The notes beneath the pieces are model-generated. The model saw only the letters and a list, made by a program, of their open reading frames with translations, was not told where the DNA came from and searched no databases. DNA of 64,000 nucleotides, from positions 68,880 through 132,879 of the forward strand of contig CBDDBX010000009.1 in the NCBI GenBank assembly GCA_965225955.1, in the 5' to 3' direction. This document shows, in pieces, positions 38,179 through 47,796 of the stretch; position 1 is the first letter of the stretch, and each line of letters opens with the position of its first letter. The DNA comes from Candidatus Aminicenantia bacterium. GTDB taxonomy: Bacteria > Acidobacteriota > Aminicenantia > UBA2199. A program made the position numbers and the translations under genes.

Positions 38179-39990
38179 TTAAACCTCTTTGTATTTCTCA
38201 TAAATTTCCCGTATTTCAGGTAAAGCTTCAAAGAAAGCTTTAACTATGTCGGGAGCAAAATGTGTACCTGAAGACTCTTCAATTATTTTGAGACTTTTTT
38301 CAATTGAAAAAGGCTCTTTATAAGGCCTTCTTGATGTAAGGGCATCAAAAACATCCGCAACAGCAACAATTTTTGCTGAAAGAGGAATTTCTTCACCTGA
38401 AACTCCTCCGGGGTAGCCTGAGCCATCATACTTTTCATGATGGTAATTGGCTATTTCTGCAGCCATAGAGAAATAGGTGATACCGTAACTTCTGAATCTT
38501 CTGTTAAGATTTGTAAGAATGACTCCTCCGGCTGTGGCATGCTCTTTCATGATTTTGAACTCATCTTCATTAAGGCGTCCCGGCTTAAGAAGTATATTGT
38601 CCGGTGTCGCAACTTTACCAATATCGTGCATTGGAGCAGAGATCCGCAGATCTGTTACATACTGACTGTCTATTATATCTTTGTATTCACCTTTTTCCAT
38701 TAAACGCTGTGCAATTATTGCTGAATAACTGGACATTCTAACAAGATGCAAGCCGGTCTCCGGATCTTTTGCTTCAGCCATCTCAGCCAGAGATTCTGTG
38801 ATTATTGAAAGAAGTGATTTAAATAGAATTCCTTTATAGAAGGCCATAGAGAGTTTTGCCTTAAAGAGTTCCAGAAAATTGATCCAGGTTTTATCTACTT
38901 CTCTGTCTTTAAATGAGAAGAATATGTAGCCAACATAAGTATTGTTAATTGTTATGGGAGTTATAAGGCTATTCTGTTCAATTACTGTTGTATCAAACTC
39001 TTCCAGATCATCTCCGTTATCTACTGTGCTTATTCTTCCTTCTTCGTCAAGTATAGTTGTAAGAATACTTTTCTGCATGTATCTGTACTTAAGACCCATA
39101 GTGCTGAAGGGTATAAACGTTTTGAAGTTCTGATGAATATATTGAAGTATCTGTTCAAGCTTCTCTTCAAGAATAATCGTATCTTCCAGAGCAAAAATGG
39201 TATTCAGATTATCTATGAAGTTGTTGAAGTTGCTGTAAAGTTCAGTAAATTCGTCATCTTTGGTTCTTTTGAAGCTCTGTTTTATTCTACCTCTGCTCAT
39301 ACTTCTGAATACCCTCTTTATCTCTTTTAGTGGAGTATAGAAGTTGACTGTTATGTGATAAATAAGAAACAGGAATACAGATAGTGCAAGAATAATGCTT
39401 ACTAACTGAATGGTATTACTGGTATTTTTCCTTTTATGTGCATCATTTTCACAAAGCCTTACAACTTCAGAAGAACTCGTAAAGAGACTCTTGTTAAGTT
39501 TTCTGAAGCTTTTAAGCCTGGAAGTATACTGTTCCGGCATGCTTTCTGCTTTGCTGTCAATAAGATATAGAGCCAGCTTTTTAAGATTATCCCACTCTTC
39601 TATAGCTTTTTTAAGATTAAAATTGAAGTCATGTACTATATCTTCACTGAACTTCAGTGTAACCATATCGTTTTCATAAAAATATCTTTTTACAAGAAGT
39701 ACGTTGAGTATTTTATCTATCTCTGTAATTGAATGCTGTATCTCTTTTTCGGACTCTTTTGTTCTGATTCTGTATATTGTGGGATTTGCAAATTTCAGAT
39801 CAGAGTAACCAAGGGTTTTGCTCACTACTTTTGAGACATGATATCTCATGTTGTGTAGCAGGTTACTCAGGATTATATGCTGCTCCTGAGTGTCAGTGGC
39901 GATGAAGCCACTTATAATGGTAGAACCAAGGCCAATAAGAAGAAGTAAAAAAACTGCAAAAATCTTTGATGATATTCTTTTTAAAAACAT
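38179..39990 (-). CDS. Membrane-anchored sensor with a C-terminal HD-GYP domain (c-di-GMP phosphodiesterase)
   Basis: N-terminal TM helix, periplasmic region, second TM helix, and HD-GYP motifs 'HDIGK' and 'YHHEKYDGSGYPGG'. Confidence 0.75.
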   Translation of the reverse strand: MFLKRISSKIFAVFLLLLIGLGSTIISGFIATDTQEQHIILSNLLHNMRYHVSKVVSKTLGYSDLKFANPTIYRIRTKESEKEIQHSITEIDKILNVLLVKRYFYENDMVTLKFSEDIVHDFNFNLKKAIEEWDNLKKLALYLIDSKAESMPEQYTSRLKSFRKLNKSLFTSSSEVVRLCENDAHKRKNTSNTIQLVSIILALSVFLFLIYHITVNFYTPLKEIKRVFRSMSRGRIKQSFKRTKDDEFTELYSNFNNFIDNLNTIFALEDTIILEEKLEQILQYIHQNFKTFIPFSTMGLKYRYMQKSILTTILDEEGRISTVDNGDDLEEFDTTVIEQNSLITPITINNTYVGYIFFSFKDREVDKTWINFLELFKAKLSMAFYKGILFKSLLSIITESLAEMAEAKDPETGLHLVRMSSYSAIIAQRLMEKGEYKDIIDSQYVTDLRISAPMHDIGKVATPDNILLKPGRLNEDEFKIMKEHATAGGVILTNLNRRFRSYGITYFSMAAEIANYHHEKYDGSGYPGGVSGEEIPLSAKIVAVADVFDALTSRRPYKEPFSIEKSLKIIEESSGTHFAPDIVKAFFEALPEIREIYEKYKEV

Positions 39991-40040
39991 CTGCTCTCCC
40001 TTTACAGAATAAAGTTAGTTCAGTTTTTATGAATATCAAA

Positions 40041-41846
40041 CTATTTTTTTCTATCTTCTCCGGGAATAGTAACAGATACAATAAAAAGCAGTTCAGCCGT
40101 TACATATACAAAGAGAGGAATTGCTACTCCTGAAGTGAATCCGTATGAGTGCAGTCCTACTCCAAGAAGATTCACTCCGAACCAGGCCAGTGCAACCATT
40201 ACAGCTCCTGCAACTGAGCCTGCAGCAAAGCCTTTTTCTTTTATCATACCAGCTTTTTTTGCATGGAAGAGAATGGCTGAGAAAATGAGAACTGCCAGAG
40301 CTCCGTTTTCTTTTGGATCCCACCCCCAGAAGCGTCCCCAGCTCTGATCAGCCCATACACCTCCCAGTACTGTACCAGTAAATGTAAATATAAGGCCAAA
40401 CACCTGGGTTGAAAAAACAGCTTTAAAAAGGTTGCTGTCTTTTATTCCTCTCAGATTCTTAACCAGCCAGACATGGGCTGTAAAACCAGATAATATGATG
40501 CCTGCATATCCCAGAATTATGGTTATTACATGAGCTGCCAGCCAGAAGTTTGAATCAAGAACTGCAACAAGAACCCCCATAGTATCTCCATCAAGAGAGT
40601 ATCGTCCGGCAATAAGCATCATTATAAGAGCCGTAACATTTCCCCCAATGAGAGAGGTGGTGTTGTTAAGTCTGAAATAGAGAAAGCCTCCCAGTACAAC
40701 TGTAATAAGGCCTGTGAATATAAAGGTCTCATACAGATTTGTTACCGGAGGTCGTCCTGTTATTGTATATCTGATTGCTACTCCCCACAAGTGGAGAAGA
40801 AAACCACCTGATGTAAGTATCATCCCAGCTGTAAAAAGAGGTTTTTTGTTTCTGAAAAGAGAAGAGAGAAGGAGCAGGAGGGCAGCTATCCCATAAAAAA
40901 ACTGAGCTTTGTAAAACGGATCAACAGAGTTATATAGAACTTCATTCCTTATTGTACTGCTGTCAGTTTGTATAATTGAATCTGTACTATCAATGAATTT
41001 AGTTACAATTCTGTTGAAATTATCTCCGTTACGGTATGCCAGAACAATCTGTTCCAGCTGCTTTATCAGTGGGGGAGCCCCGTTGCCGGTATTGTGCTCT
41101 GCAAGATAAGTCCATGGGGATTTCCAGTCTCCTGAAGCAGAAGGAATGAAGGGGGGAGTTGTAGCACCGTAAAACTCCGGGAAGCTTTTGAGTATTGCCA
41201 GAAGGCGTGATGCCTCTCTCAGTTCCCTGCTATCTTCTGGAGATTCATTGATAAAATTTTCAAGTATCTTCTGAGTCTTTCTGAATTGAAGATATGAGTG
41301 GACGCCGGATCTGGCTCCTGTAATTTTCTGTAATTCCGGTGACTCTATTTTCAGATGGGGAGATGGAATTGCAAACATCATGCAGTTTCTGAGATCTTTG
41401 TAGATAAGGAGCCTGTTGTAGAGAAGTATTATGTCTCTTTCAAGAAGTGAGCGGGATGCTTCACTTTTTGAAGAGATCTGCCTTACAAGCCTGTCTATAT
41501 TTCCTGCACCATGGATCAGCTGGTTATAACTGTATCTGTCCCTGCCTTTTCCGGTTCCTTTTATCCCTATTGCTCCGGGAATATCAGGATTTGAAATAAG
41601 AAAGACTCTGTGATGGGCAGCTTTTTCCGGTTTAAACATTGTTTCCGCCAGCCATCTGGCTGCACTCATCTTCTCATATTTACTCTTCCCGGATAGTTGT
41701 CTCAGAATGTTTATCGCATAAGTATCAAGAGGCAGAGGTCGGCCTTTAAGAATTACCGGTATCTTTCGGAACTCTTCTATATCTGGTGCTGCATCTACTG
41801 GTAGTGTGCAGATAAGTAATAGTATAACCGGTATAATTCTAATCAT
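40041..41846 (-). CDS. ccsA: System II cytochrome c biogenesis protein CcsA (ResC), with a roughly 300-aa N-terminal extracytoplasmic extension
   Basis: WWD heme-handling motif 'WGRFWGWDPKENGA', multiple TM helices, and a signal-like N-terminus. Overlaps the ccsB stop. Confidence 0.75.
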   Translation of the reverse strand: MIRIIPVILLLICTLPVDAAPDIEEFRKIPVILKGRPLPLDTYAINILRQLSGKSKYEKMSAARWLAETMFKPEKAAHHRVFLISNPDIPGAIGIKGTGKGRDRYSYNQLIHGAGNIDRLVRQISSKSEASRSLLERDIILLYNRLLIYKDLRNCMMFAIPSPHLKIESPELQKITGARSGVHSYLQFRKTQKILENFINESPEDSRELREASRLLAILKSFPEFYGATTPPFIPSASGDWKSPWTYLAEHNTGNGAPPLIKQLEQIVLAYRNGDNFNRIVTKFIDSTDSIIQTDSSTIRNEVLYNSVDPFYKAQFFYGIAALLLLLSSLFRNKKPLFTAGMILTSGGFLLHLWGVAIRYTITGRPPVTNLYETFIFTGLITVVLGGFLYFRLNNTTSLIGGNVTALIMMLIAGRYSLDGDTMGVLVAVLDSNFWLAAHVITIILGYAGIILSGFTAHVWLVKNLRGIKDSNLFKAVFSTQVFGLIFTFTGTVLGGVWADQSWGRFWGWDPKENGALAVLIFSAILFHAKKAGMIKEKGFAAGSVAGAVMVALAWFGVNLLGVGLHSYGFTSGVAIPLFVYVTAELLFIVSVTIPGEDRKK

Positions 41847-42921
41847 TTTTTCTCCTGCGAAGCAGAGACTTCAATATAAAGTGAAGTGCCATACCCACAA
41901 AAATTATTGCGCTTGATATATATGGAATAAGCCGTCCTCTGTTCTTTACAACAGCTATTATTGAGTACTCTTCTCCATCACGGTTTTTGAAAAAAGATGA
42001 TTGGTAAAGAGTGTAATCTTTGAAACGCAGAGGTTTGTTCATAGATATTTCTGCATCAAAGGTGTTGCCTTCAGGAGTGGAAACTTTAACTTTGCTTATG
42101 TAACTTCTGGGAATGTTTGAGTTGGGGTGAAACCCGGTAACGAAATCTTTCAGAAATACTTTAACCGGAAGAATTGCTACTTTTCTGCGGAGACTTAAAA
42201 AGCAGGTTCCGGTTCCGGTGTTAATAGTTGCCGGAGATCTGTCTTCTCCCCACAAAGTTATCAGGTGATCTTTTTTATCTGATGATTCTACAGATACGGT
42301 TGCTCCCGGAACTGCTGAAGAATGATCTTCAATAAGCTTTCTGTCTGTGCTCCCCATTTCTTTGATACTCACACTGTTTCTGATTAATTTACGTGGAACT
42401 ATTCTCATATTAAGGTCTTTTAGTTGCAGAGGTTTACCTTCTGAGAGAGCTCCGTAGTCTACTGCCCGAGTAGTTAAGCCATCTTTCTCTTCTGTCTGTA
42501 CTGCAAGTTCCCATTTATGGAGATGAAATACTTTTGAAGAGGCGGTTCCTTCTTTTATATTGAGTCTTGTATGTTCTGAATTAACAAAACTTATAAATGA
42601 ACCTGTAAGCAGTACGGCTATTCCTGCATGGGTAATCAGGTTGCCGGAATTTTTTATAGAAAAGTCCATTCTGAATATTACAGAAAGAATTAAATTTATA
42701 AAAAGTACCAGAGATATGGTGAGAACCCCGGGAAATGGCAGAAACCCGAAAATAGTAAAGAACCATGAGTGAAAAAACTTAGCCTGTGAAGCGTAGAGCC
42801 CGTTACCTGCCTGAAAAAGTGTTCCCCAGAATACAACAACAAGAAGAAATATAAGTCCCCAGGTAGTTAGTTTCAGTGAACCTCCTTTTTTAAGAAGTTC
42901 AACTATTTTTTCTCTATTCAT
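41839..42921 (-). CDS. ccsB: System II cytochrome c biogenesis protein CcsB (ResB-like)
   Basis: 360 aa. N-terminal TM helices, a periplasmic domain and a C-terminal TM helix. Immediately upstream of ccsA. Confidence 0.65.
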   Translation of the reverse strand: MNREKIVELLKKGGSLKLTTWGLIFLLVVVFWGTLFQAGNGLYASQAKFFHSWFFTIFGFLPFPGVLTISLVLFINLILSVIFRMDFSIKNSGNLITHAGIAVLLTGSFISFVNSEHTRLNIKEGTASSKVFHLHKWELAVQTEEKDGLTTRAVDYGALSEGKPLQLKDLNMRIVPRKLIRNSVSIKEMGSTDRKLIEDHSSAVPGATVSVESSDKKDHLITLWGEDRSPATINTGTGTCFLSLRRKVAILPVKVFLKDFVTGFHPNSNIPRSYISKVKVSTPEGNTFDAEISMNKPLRFKDYTLYQSSFFKNRDGEEYSIIAVVKNRGRLIPYISSAIIFVGMALHFILKSLLRRRKND

Positions 42922-43492
42922 TTGTAATTGACTGGCAGAAGGTTATAAGGTCTGTTCTCTCTTTTTTAAGAGATTCAGGCTTTCCTTTGAGTTTTATGAA
43001 CATTCTGCTGTCTCCTGTATTTACAATAGCAATCAGAAAAGAGGTCTCTTCCGGCGCAGATAGTGAGGAAAAATCGTATAGTTTGCCTTTTAATCTGCCA
43101 ATTGTGCTGAACTCTTCAGCACCTTTTATTATAGATTCTATATTCTCTTTTGTATCCTCTTTTTTTAACTGTCTGAGCCATCTGGAGATATTTGCGTTTA
43201 TAGTACCGGCTTCTCCGGGAATCATTATTATTGAACAGACAGACTGAAGAGGAGTATTGTATGTAGCCAGTCTTAAAGAAGATTTTGACTTTACCACAGA
43301 CCAGTTTCCGGGAACTCCCCACAACGGAATTGCCGGCTTTTCTGTCTCTTTTTCTGTCACCCTGGCTCTGGTATTTTCAGATGCAGGTTCTTTATACTTT
43401 CTTACTTCATCTTCTTTACCGCAACTACTCACAGTCAGCAGGGAAAAGAGAAGTACCGCAACAAAAATTAGTAAATTATTTTTTCTACCCAT
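42914..43492 (-). CDS. Lipoprotein, hypothetical (first gene of the ccs operon)
   Basis: Lipobox 'LTVSSC'. 192 aa. Overlaps the ccsB start. Confidence 0.5.
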   Translation of the reverse strand: MGRKNNLLIFVAVLLFSLLTVSSCGKEDEVRKYKEPASENTRARVTEKETEKPAIPLWGVPGNWSVVKSKSSLRLATYNTPLQSVCSIIMIPGEAGTINANISRWLRQLKKEDTKENIESIIKGAEEFSTIGRLKGKLYDFSSLSAPEETSFLIAIVNTGDSRMFIKLKGKPESLKKERTDLITFCQSITNE

Positions 43493-43594
43493 ACCTGAAT
43501 ATTAGCATTAATAGAAATTATTATCATTATTTTCCGGTTTTAAAAAAGGGAAAGCGTAATTACTCTCCCTTATAAATTTTTGCTGATCTTTTAT

Positions 43595-43960
43595 TCAGAA
43601 CTGGTTTGTACTGAGAAGAACCAGAGTACATGCTTCCACGCACTCAATGTCGTTCTCTTCAAACTTCTCTTTTATTGTAGAATCTTCAGTACCAGGATTA
43701 AAGATTATTCTTCTGGGTTTCAATGTAATGATCTTATTCAGCTCTTCAAGAACCCTCTGGGGCTTAATGTAAAGAGTCAGCGTGTCTATGGGACTTTTTA
43801 TGTGTTCGAGGCTCCGGGTAACTTCCACACCGTCAATCTCTTTCAGAACCGGATTAACTGGTATTACATTATAATTTTTACCTTCAAGCATTTTTAAGGC
43901 TTTATATGAATATCGTTCTGGCTTATTGCTTGCTCCCAGAATAGCTACTGTATTTTTCAT
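43595..43960 (-). CDS. CoA-binding domain protein (YccU-like)
   Basis: 'VAILGASNKPERYSYKALKMLEGKNYNVIPVNP' Rossmann-like CoA-binding signature. 121 aa. Confidence 0.7.
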   Translation of the reverse strand: MKNTVAILGASNKPERYSYKALKMLEGKNYNVIPVNPVLKEIDGVEVTRSLEHIKSPIDTLTLYIKPQRVLEELNKIITLKPRRIIFNPGTEDSTIKEKFEENDIECVEACTLVLLSTNQF

Positions 43961-44029
43961 TTAAAACTCCTGTACTTAACTCTATATTCTTAAGTATAAA
44001 TAATTATTGATTTTTTGAAAAAAACAAAT

Positions 44030-44446
44030 TTATATTTTCTTTATTTTGTTAAGAACTGACGTTGTATCGGATGTTTTAAATGAAAATTCAACTCTTCCAC
44101 TGCTATTACTGTTAAAATCCTCTGCATTAAAGGCAAGTTGAAGAAGCCCTCTGGAGGTCTCTTTAAACTGTGCTTTTTTTATAAACTGTTTTTTTAAAGG
44201 AAAATCAGCTATTCTGGTTGAGAAAGAGTAGGCAATGAACCTCTTCTTTGTAATTATTACCGAGCCGGCAAAAACGGATGTTTTTCTGACAAAATGTTTG
44301 CCTGGAGCTTTGTAATTTCTGAAATATACTTTTCCCCTAATACCTTCATCTAAGTATACAATCCCCTCAGCTTCAAGATTTTTTCTGTCTTTGCCGGGGA
44401 TTTTTCCAATTCCAAACCATCTGAAAAGAATAGATTTTTTACTCAT
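44030..44446 (-). CDS. Hypothetical protein
   Basis: 138-aa ORF with no diagnostic motif. Confidence 0.35.
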   Translation of the reverse strand: MSKKSILFRWFGIGKIPGKDRKNLEAEGIVYLDEGIRGKVYFRNYKAPGKHFVRKTSVFAGSVIITKKRFIAYSFSTRIADFPLKKQFIKKAQFKETSRGLLQLAFNAEDFNSNSSGRVEFSFKTSDTTSVLNKIKKI

Positions 44447-44577
44447 TGATTTCTCCGCTTCTGATTATGACACTATTTTTTTCCATTTTCTATTTAATTT
44501 ATTTTTTTATGGAACTATTTAAACTTAAAAGTCGTTAATATATTTTCACGAAAAAGTAGTTAATACAGGAGGCGCTT

Positions 44578-44913
44578 GTGAAAATACTCACAATAAATGA
44601 AGAGATTCTTCTTATGGGAATCTGGAAACTAGGGGAAAATGCTTACGGTGTAAAAATTATGGAGTTCTATTCAGATGCTACGGGCCGGGAAGTAAGTTTT
44701 GGCACCCTTTATAATAATCTTGATCAGCTTGTTAAGAAAGAGTATGTTGTTTCGGTTAAAGGTGAACCAACTGCTGTAAGAGGTGGAAAGAGGAAAGTCT
44801 ATTATACAATCACTGAAATAGGCCGGGAGGCTCTGGGAAGAGCCAGAGAGCTTCATCGGAAAATCTGGGAAGGTGTAGCAGAAACAAACTTCATAGCTGG
44901 AGATTCTGAATGA
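44578..44913 (+). CDS. PadR-family transcriptional regulator (module 3)
   Basis: GTG start with an AGGAGG RBS. 'YGVKIMEF...GTLYNNLDQLVKKEY' motif. Confidence 0.8.
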   Translation: MKILTINEEILLMGIWKLGENAYGVKIMEFYSDATGREVSFGTLYNNLDQLVKKEYVVSVKGEPTAVRGGKRKVYYTITEIGREALGRARELHRKIWEGVAETNFIAGDSE

Positions 44914-47483
44914 ATCAGAAAAATTCACCTCCTTCATCAGCTAAATGGCTTGTATCAAGATTAAGTGAGTATGAGAACAGATACTCTCTCGAAGGGGATA
45001 TGGCTGAAGTGTGGGAAAGTAAGTGTAAAAATCGTGGAAGACTCAGAGCCAATCACTGGTATATAAAAGAGACTGTTAAAAGCAGTTTTTCATATATGAA
45101 ATTTATATCCGGCAGGAACTGCTCTCTTATATTGAATAGTTTTAAACCTGTACTGAGAAATATTGTAAAATTCAAAGGTTACTCACTTATTAATATTCTT
45201 GGACTGGCGATAGCTGTTACTGTTGCTCTGATGATAGCTTTCTTCATCAGAGGTGAAATGCAGATGGACAGTTTTCAGAAAAAAGGTGACAGGATTTACA
45301 GACTTGAAGCCGGTAACTGGGCCATTCTGGGAGCTCCTCACGGAAAGATTGTTAAAGAGAAATTTGCCGAAGTTGAAGAGTATGTTACTTTTAATAACAT
45401 CTCATATACAGGAATGTATGTTAAGAAAAAGGACAATACCAATGTCTCTCTGAAACGAACTATGATGGCTACAGAGGCTTTTTTCAGAATTTTTAATGTG
45501 GATTTCATCCATGCCGTCCCAGAAGGTGCTCTGAAAGCTCCTTTTACGATAGTTCTTAATAGAAGTGAAGCAATGAAGATCTTTGGTACAGTTGATGTGG
45601 TGGGCCGGAACCTGGTTGTAAATAAGGTATATACATTTAAAGTCGTTGGTGTTATGGAGGATATGAAGAATGTTCACTTCAGAGTGGGGTCAGTCATGTC
45701 GTTTATAACTCTTAGCAAAATTATTGATGATAAAAGGTTTATGACCCGTCTCGGTTCCTGGAATCACGGTACTTTTCTCCTGTTAAAACCGGGAGTTAAT
45801 TTACGAAACCTGGAAAAGAAGATTACCGCTCATTTTAGTGATCTCTATTTCAGCAGACATAATGAAAAAAGTGATGCTGTATTCTCTCTGAGAAATTACA
45901 GAAACATCTATTTCTGCAAAGATAAGTTTCATGAGTACAGTATGAAGCGGGGTAGTAGTGGTTTTCTGATGATTCTTGGAGGGATAGCAGTTTTTATAAT
46001 TTTAATTGCATGTATGAACTATATAAATATATCGACTGCAATAGCTGGTTTACGGGCAAAAGAGATCGGTTTGAGGAAAACAGTAGGCGGAAGTCGGGGA
46101 AATCTTATAATGCAGTTTATGATGGAAACAGCTGTAATATGTTCAACAGGATTTGTTATTGCATCAGGATTGTTATGGTCTATTATGCCGGGGTTCAGTA
46201 AATTTCTTAACAGTGAGATGAGTTTTACTCTCTTTGATCCATGGGTTATTGGAATAATGGGAGGTGTCTGGTTAACAGTTACAATTATGGCAGGACTTTA
46301 TCCTGCACTATATCTGACATCCTTTAAACCTGCAGAAGTACTGAAAGGAAGAAGTAGTAACAGACAGAAGGGAAGTTTAAGAAAAATACTTGTAGTTTTT
46401 CAGTTCGCAGTATCAGTTGGACTCTCTATTGCAACACTGATCATTTTTGATCAGATTAACTATATGAGAAATGCGGAAACCGGTTTTACTAAAGATCAGG
46501 TGATAAATTTTGCTTTGAGGGGTGATTTGAGAAAAAAGAAAGATATGGTTAAAGAGGAGCTGTTAAAGATGCCTGATATAAAAGGTGTTGCATACTCAAA
46601 TACAATTCCCGGCAGAATAAGATGGACTGAAACATTTAAAGCAGAGGGCAGATTCTGTAGTGCAAGTTTTAATCCTGTTGATGAGGACTACCTTAAAGTT
46701 ATGGATTTAAAGCTCCTTGAAGGACGCAACCTTATAAAGAGTGACTGTAGCTCAGAATCAGAAGGCTTTCTCTGTAATGAAACAGCTGTTAAAGCTCTTG
46801 ATCTTAAAAAACCCTGGGCTGGTAAGAGAGTTGATAACGGCTATGCAAAAAATGCAAGAATAGTGGGAGTTGTTAAAGATTTTCATATAGACTCTCTCCA
46901 TACAAAAATCAAGCCACTGTTTATGTCTATAAGAAATCATGGGTTGTCCTGCGCAAACGTAAGGGTTAGCGGAAAGAATGTTCCAGAAGTACTGAGTCAT
47001 ATTGAGAAACTATGGAAAAGATATGCCCCTGATTATCCATTCAGGTATGTTTTTCTAAATGAGTCCTTTGATAGTCAATACAGAAAAGAGGAAAAAATGG
47101 GTAATATGGTCGGTTATTTTGCTCTTATAGCTCTCTTTATTGCCGGAGCAGGGCTCACAGGTTTATCTTCATTTACAGCAAGACAGAAGAGAAAAGAGGT
47201 TAGTTTAAGGAAAGTTCTGGGAGCTTCAGTGCCGAAAGTTGTTCTGCTACTATCTGCTGATTTCATGAAATGGGTACTTCTGGCTAATATCATTGCATGG
47301 CCTCTTGCATGGAGCGGTATGAATACCTGGCTCAGCAATTTTGCATACAGAACAGACATTGACATTACTCTTTTTATCCTCTCAGGTTCAGTTGCATTTA
47401 TAACAGCTTTTATAACTATATGTTTTCATTCAGTTAAAGCTGCTACAGAGAATCCTGCAGAGGTTTTGAGGTGTGATATCTGA
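44910..47483 (+). CDS. Orphan duplicated-FtsX permease (ADOP/MacB-like) with an N-terminal prefix domain (module 3)
   Basis: 857 aa with two FtsX blocks. Start overlaps the PadR stop. Confidence 0.75.
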   Translation: MNQKNSPPSSAKWLVSRLSEYENRYSLEGDMAEVWESKCKNRGRLRANHWYIKETVKSSFSYMKFISGRNCSLILNSFKPVLRNIVKFKGYSLINILGLAIAVTVALMIAFFIRGEMQMDSFQKKGDRIYRLEAGNWAILGAPHGKIVKEKFAEVEEYVTFNNISYTGMYVKKKDNTNVSLKRTMMATEAFFRIFNVDFIHAVPEGALKAPFTIVLNRSEAMKIFGTVDVVGRNLVVNKVYTFKVVGVMEDMKNVHFRVGSVMSFITLSKIIDDKRFMTRLGSWNHGTFLLLKPGVNLRNLEKKITAHFSDLYFSRHNEKSDAVFSLRNYRNIYFCKDKFHEYSMKRGSSGFLMILGGIAVFIILIACMNYINISTAIAGLRAKEIGLRKTVGGSRGNLIMQFMMETAVICSTGFVIASGLLWSIMPGFSKFLNSEMSFTLFDPWVIGIMGGVWLTVTIMAGLYPALYLTSFKPAEVLKGRSSNRQKGSLRKILVVFQFAVSVGLSIATLIIFDQINYMRNAETGFTKDQVINFALRGDLRKKKDMVKEELLKMPDIKGVAYSNTIPGRIRWTETFKAEGRFCSASFNPVDEDYLKVMDLKLLEGRNLIKSDCSSESEGFLCNETAVKALDLKKPWAGKRVDNGYAKNARIVGVVKDFHIDSLHTKIKPLFMSIRNHGLSCANVRVSGKNVPEVLSHIEKLWKRYAPDYPFRYVFLNESFDSQYRKEEKMGNMVGYFALIALFIAGAGLTGLSSFTARQKRKEVSLRKVLGASVPKVVLLLSADFMKWVLLANIIAWPLAWSGMNTWLSNFAYRTDIDITLFILSGSVAFITAFITICFHSVKAATENPAEVLRCDI

Positions 47484-47496
47484 CTATTTATAAAAA

Positions 47497-47530
47497 GGGA
47501 GGCAGATTTCTGCCTCCGTTTACTTTTGTG
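47497..47530 (+). terminator. Intrinsic terminator after permease 3
   Basis: gggaggcag-attt-ctgcctcc hairpin followed by GTTTACTTTTGTG. Confidence 0.6.
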
Positions 47531-47796
47531 TACATTTTGTACGGTTTTTTTGATGCAGGGGGCTTTTATTAAAAATAAAGAAATTTATCCCTTGACTTTG
47601 AATTTGCAATTAATTAAATTGTGTAAGTTGATACAAATTTAGAGATATTATGGAATCATCGGTATCTCATTATGGTTTATGAATTATCAGAATAAGATTG
47701 ATTGTACAGGCAATCTCAAAGTTGAAGACTAACCTGACTACTCGTTTGTATCGATAGATTTTAAAGGATTGTTGTAAAATAATCTGCCAAAGGGAT

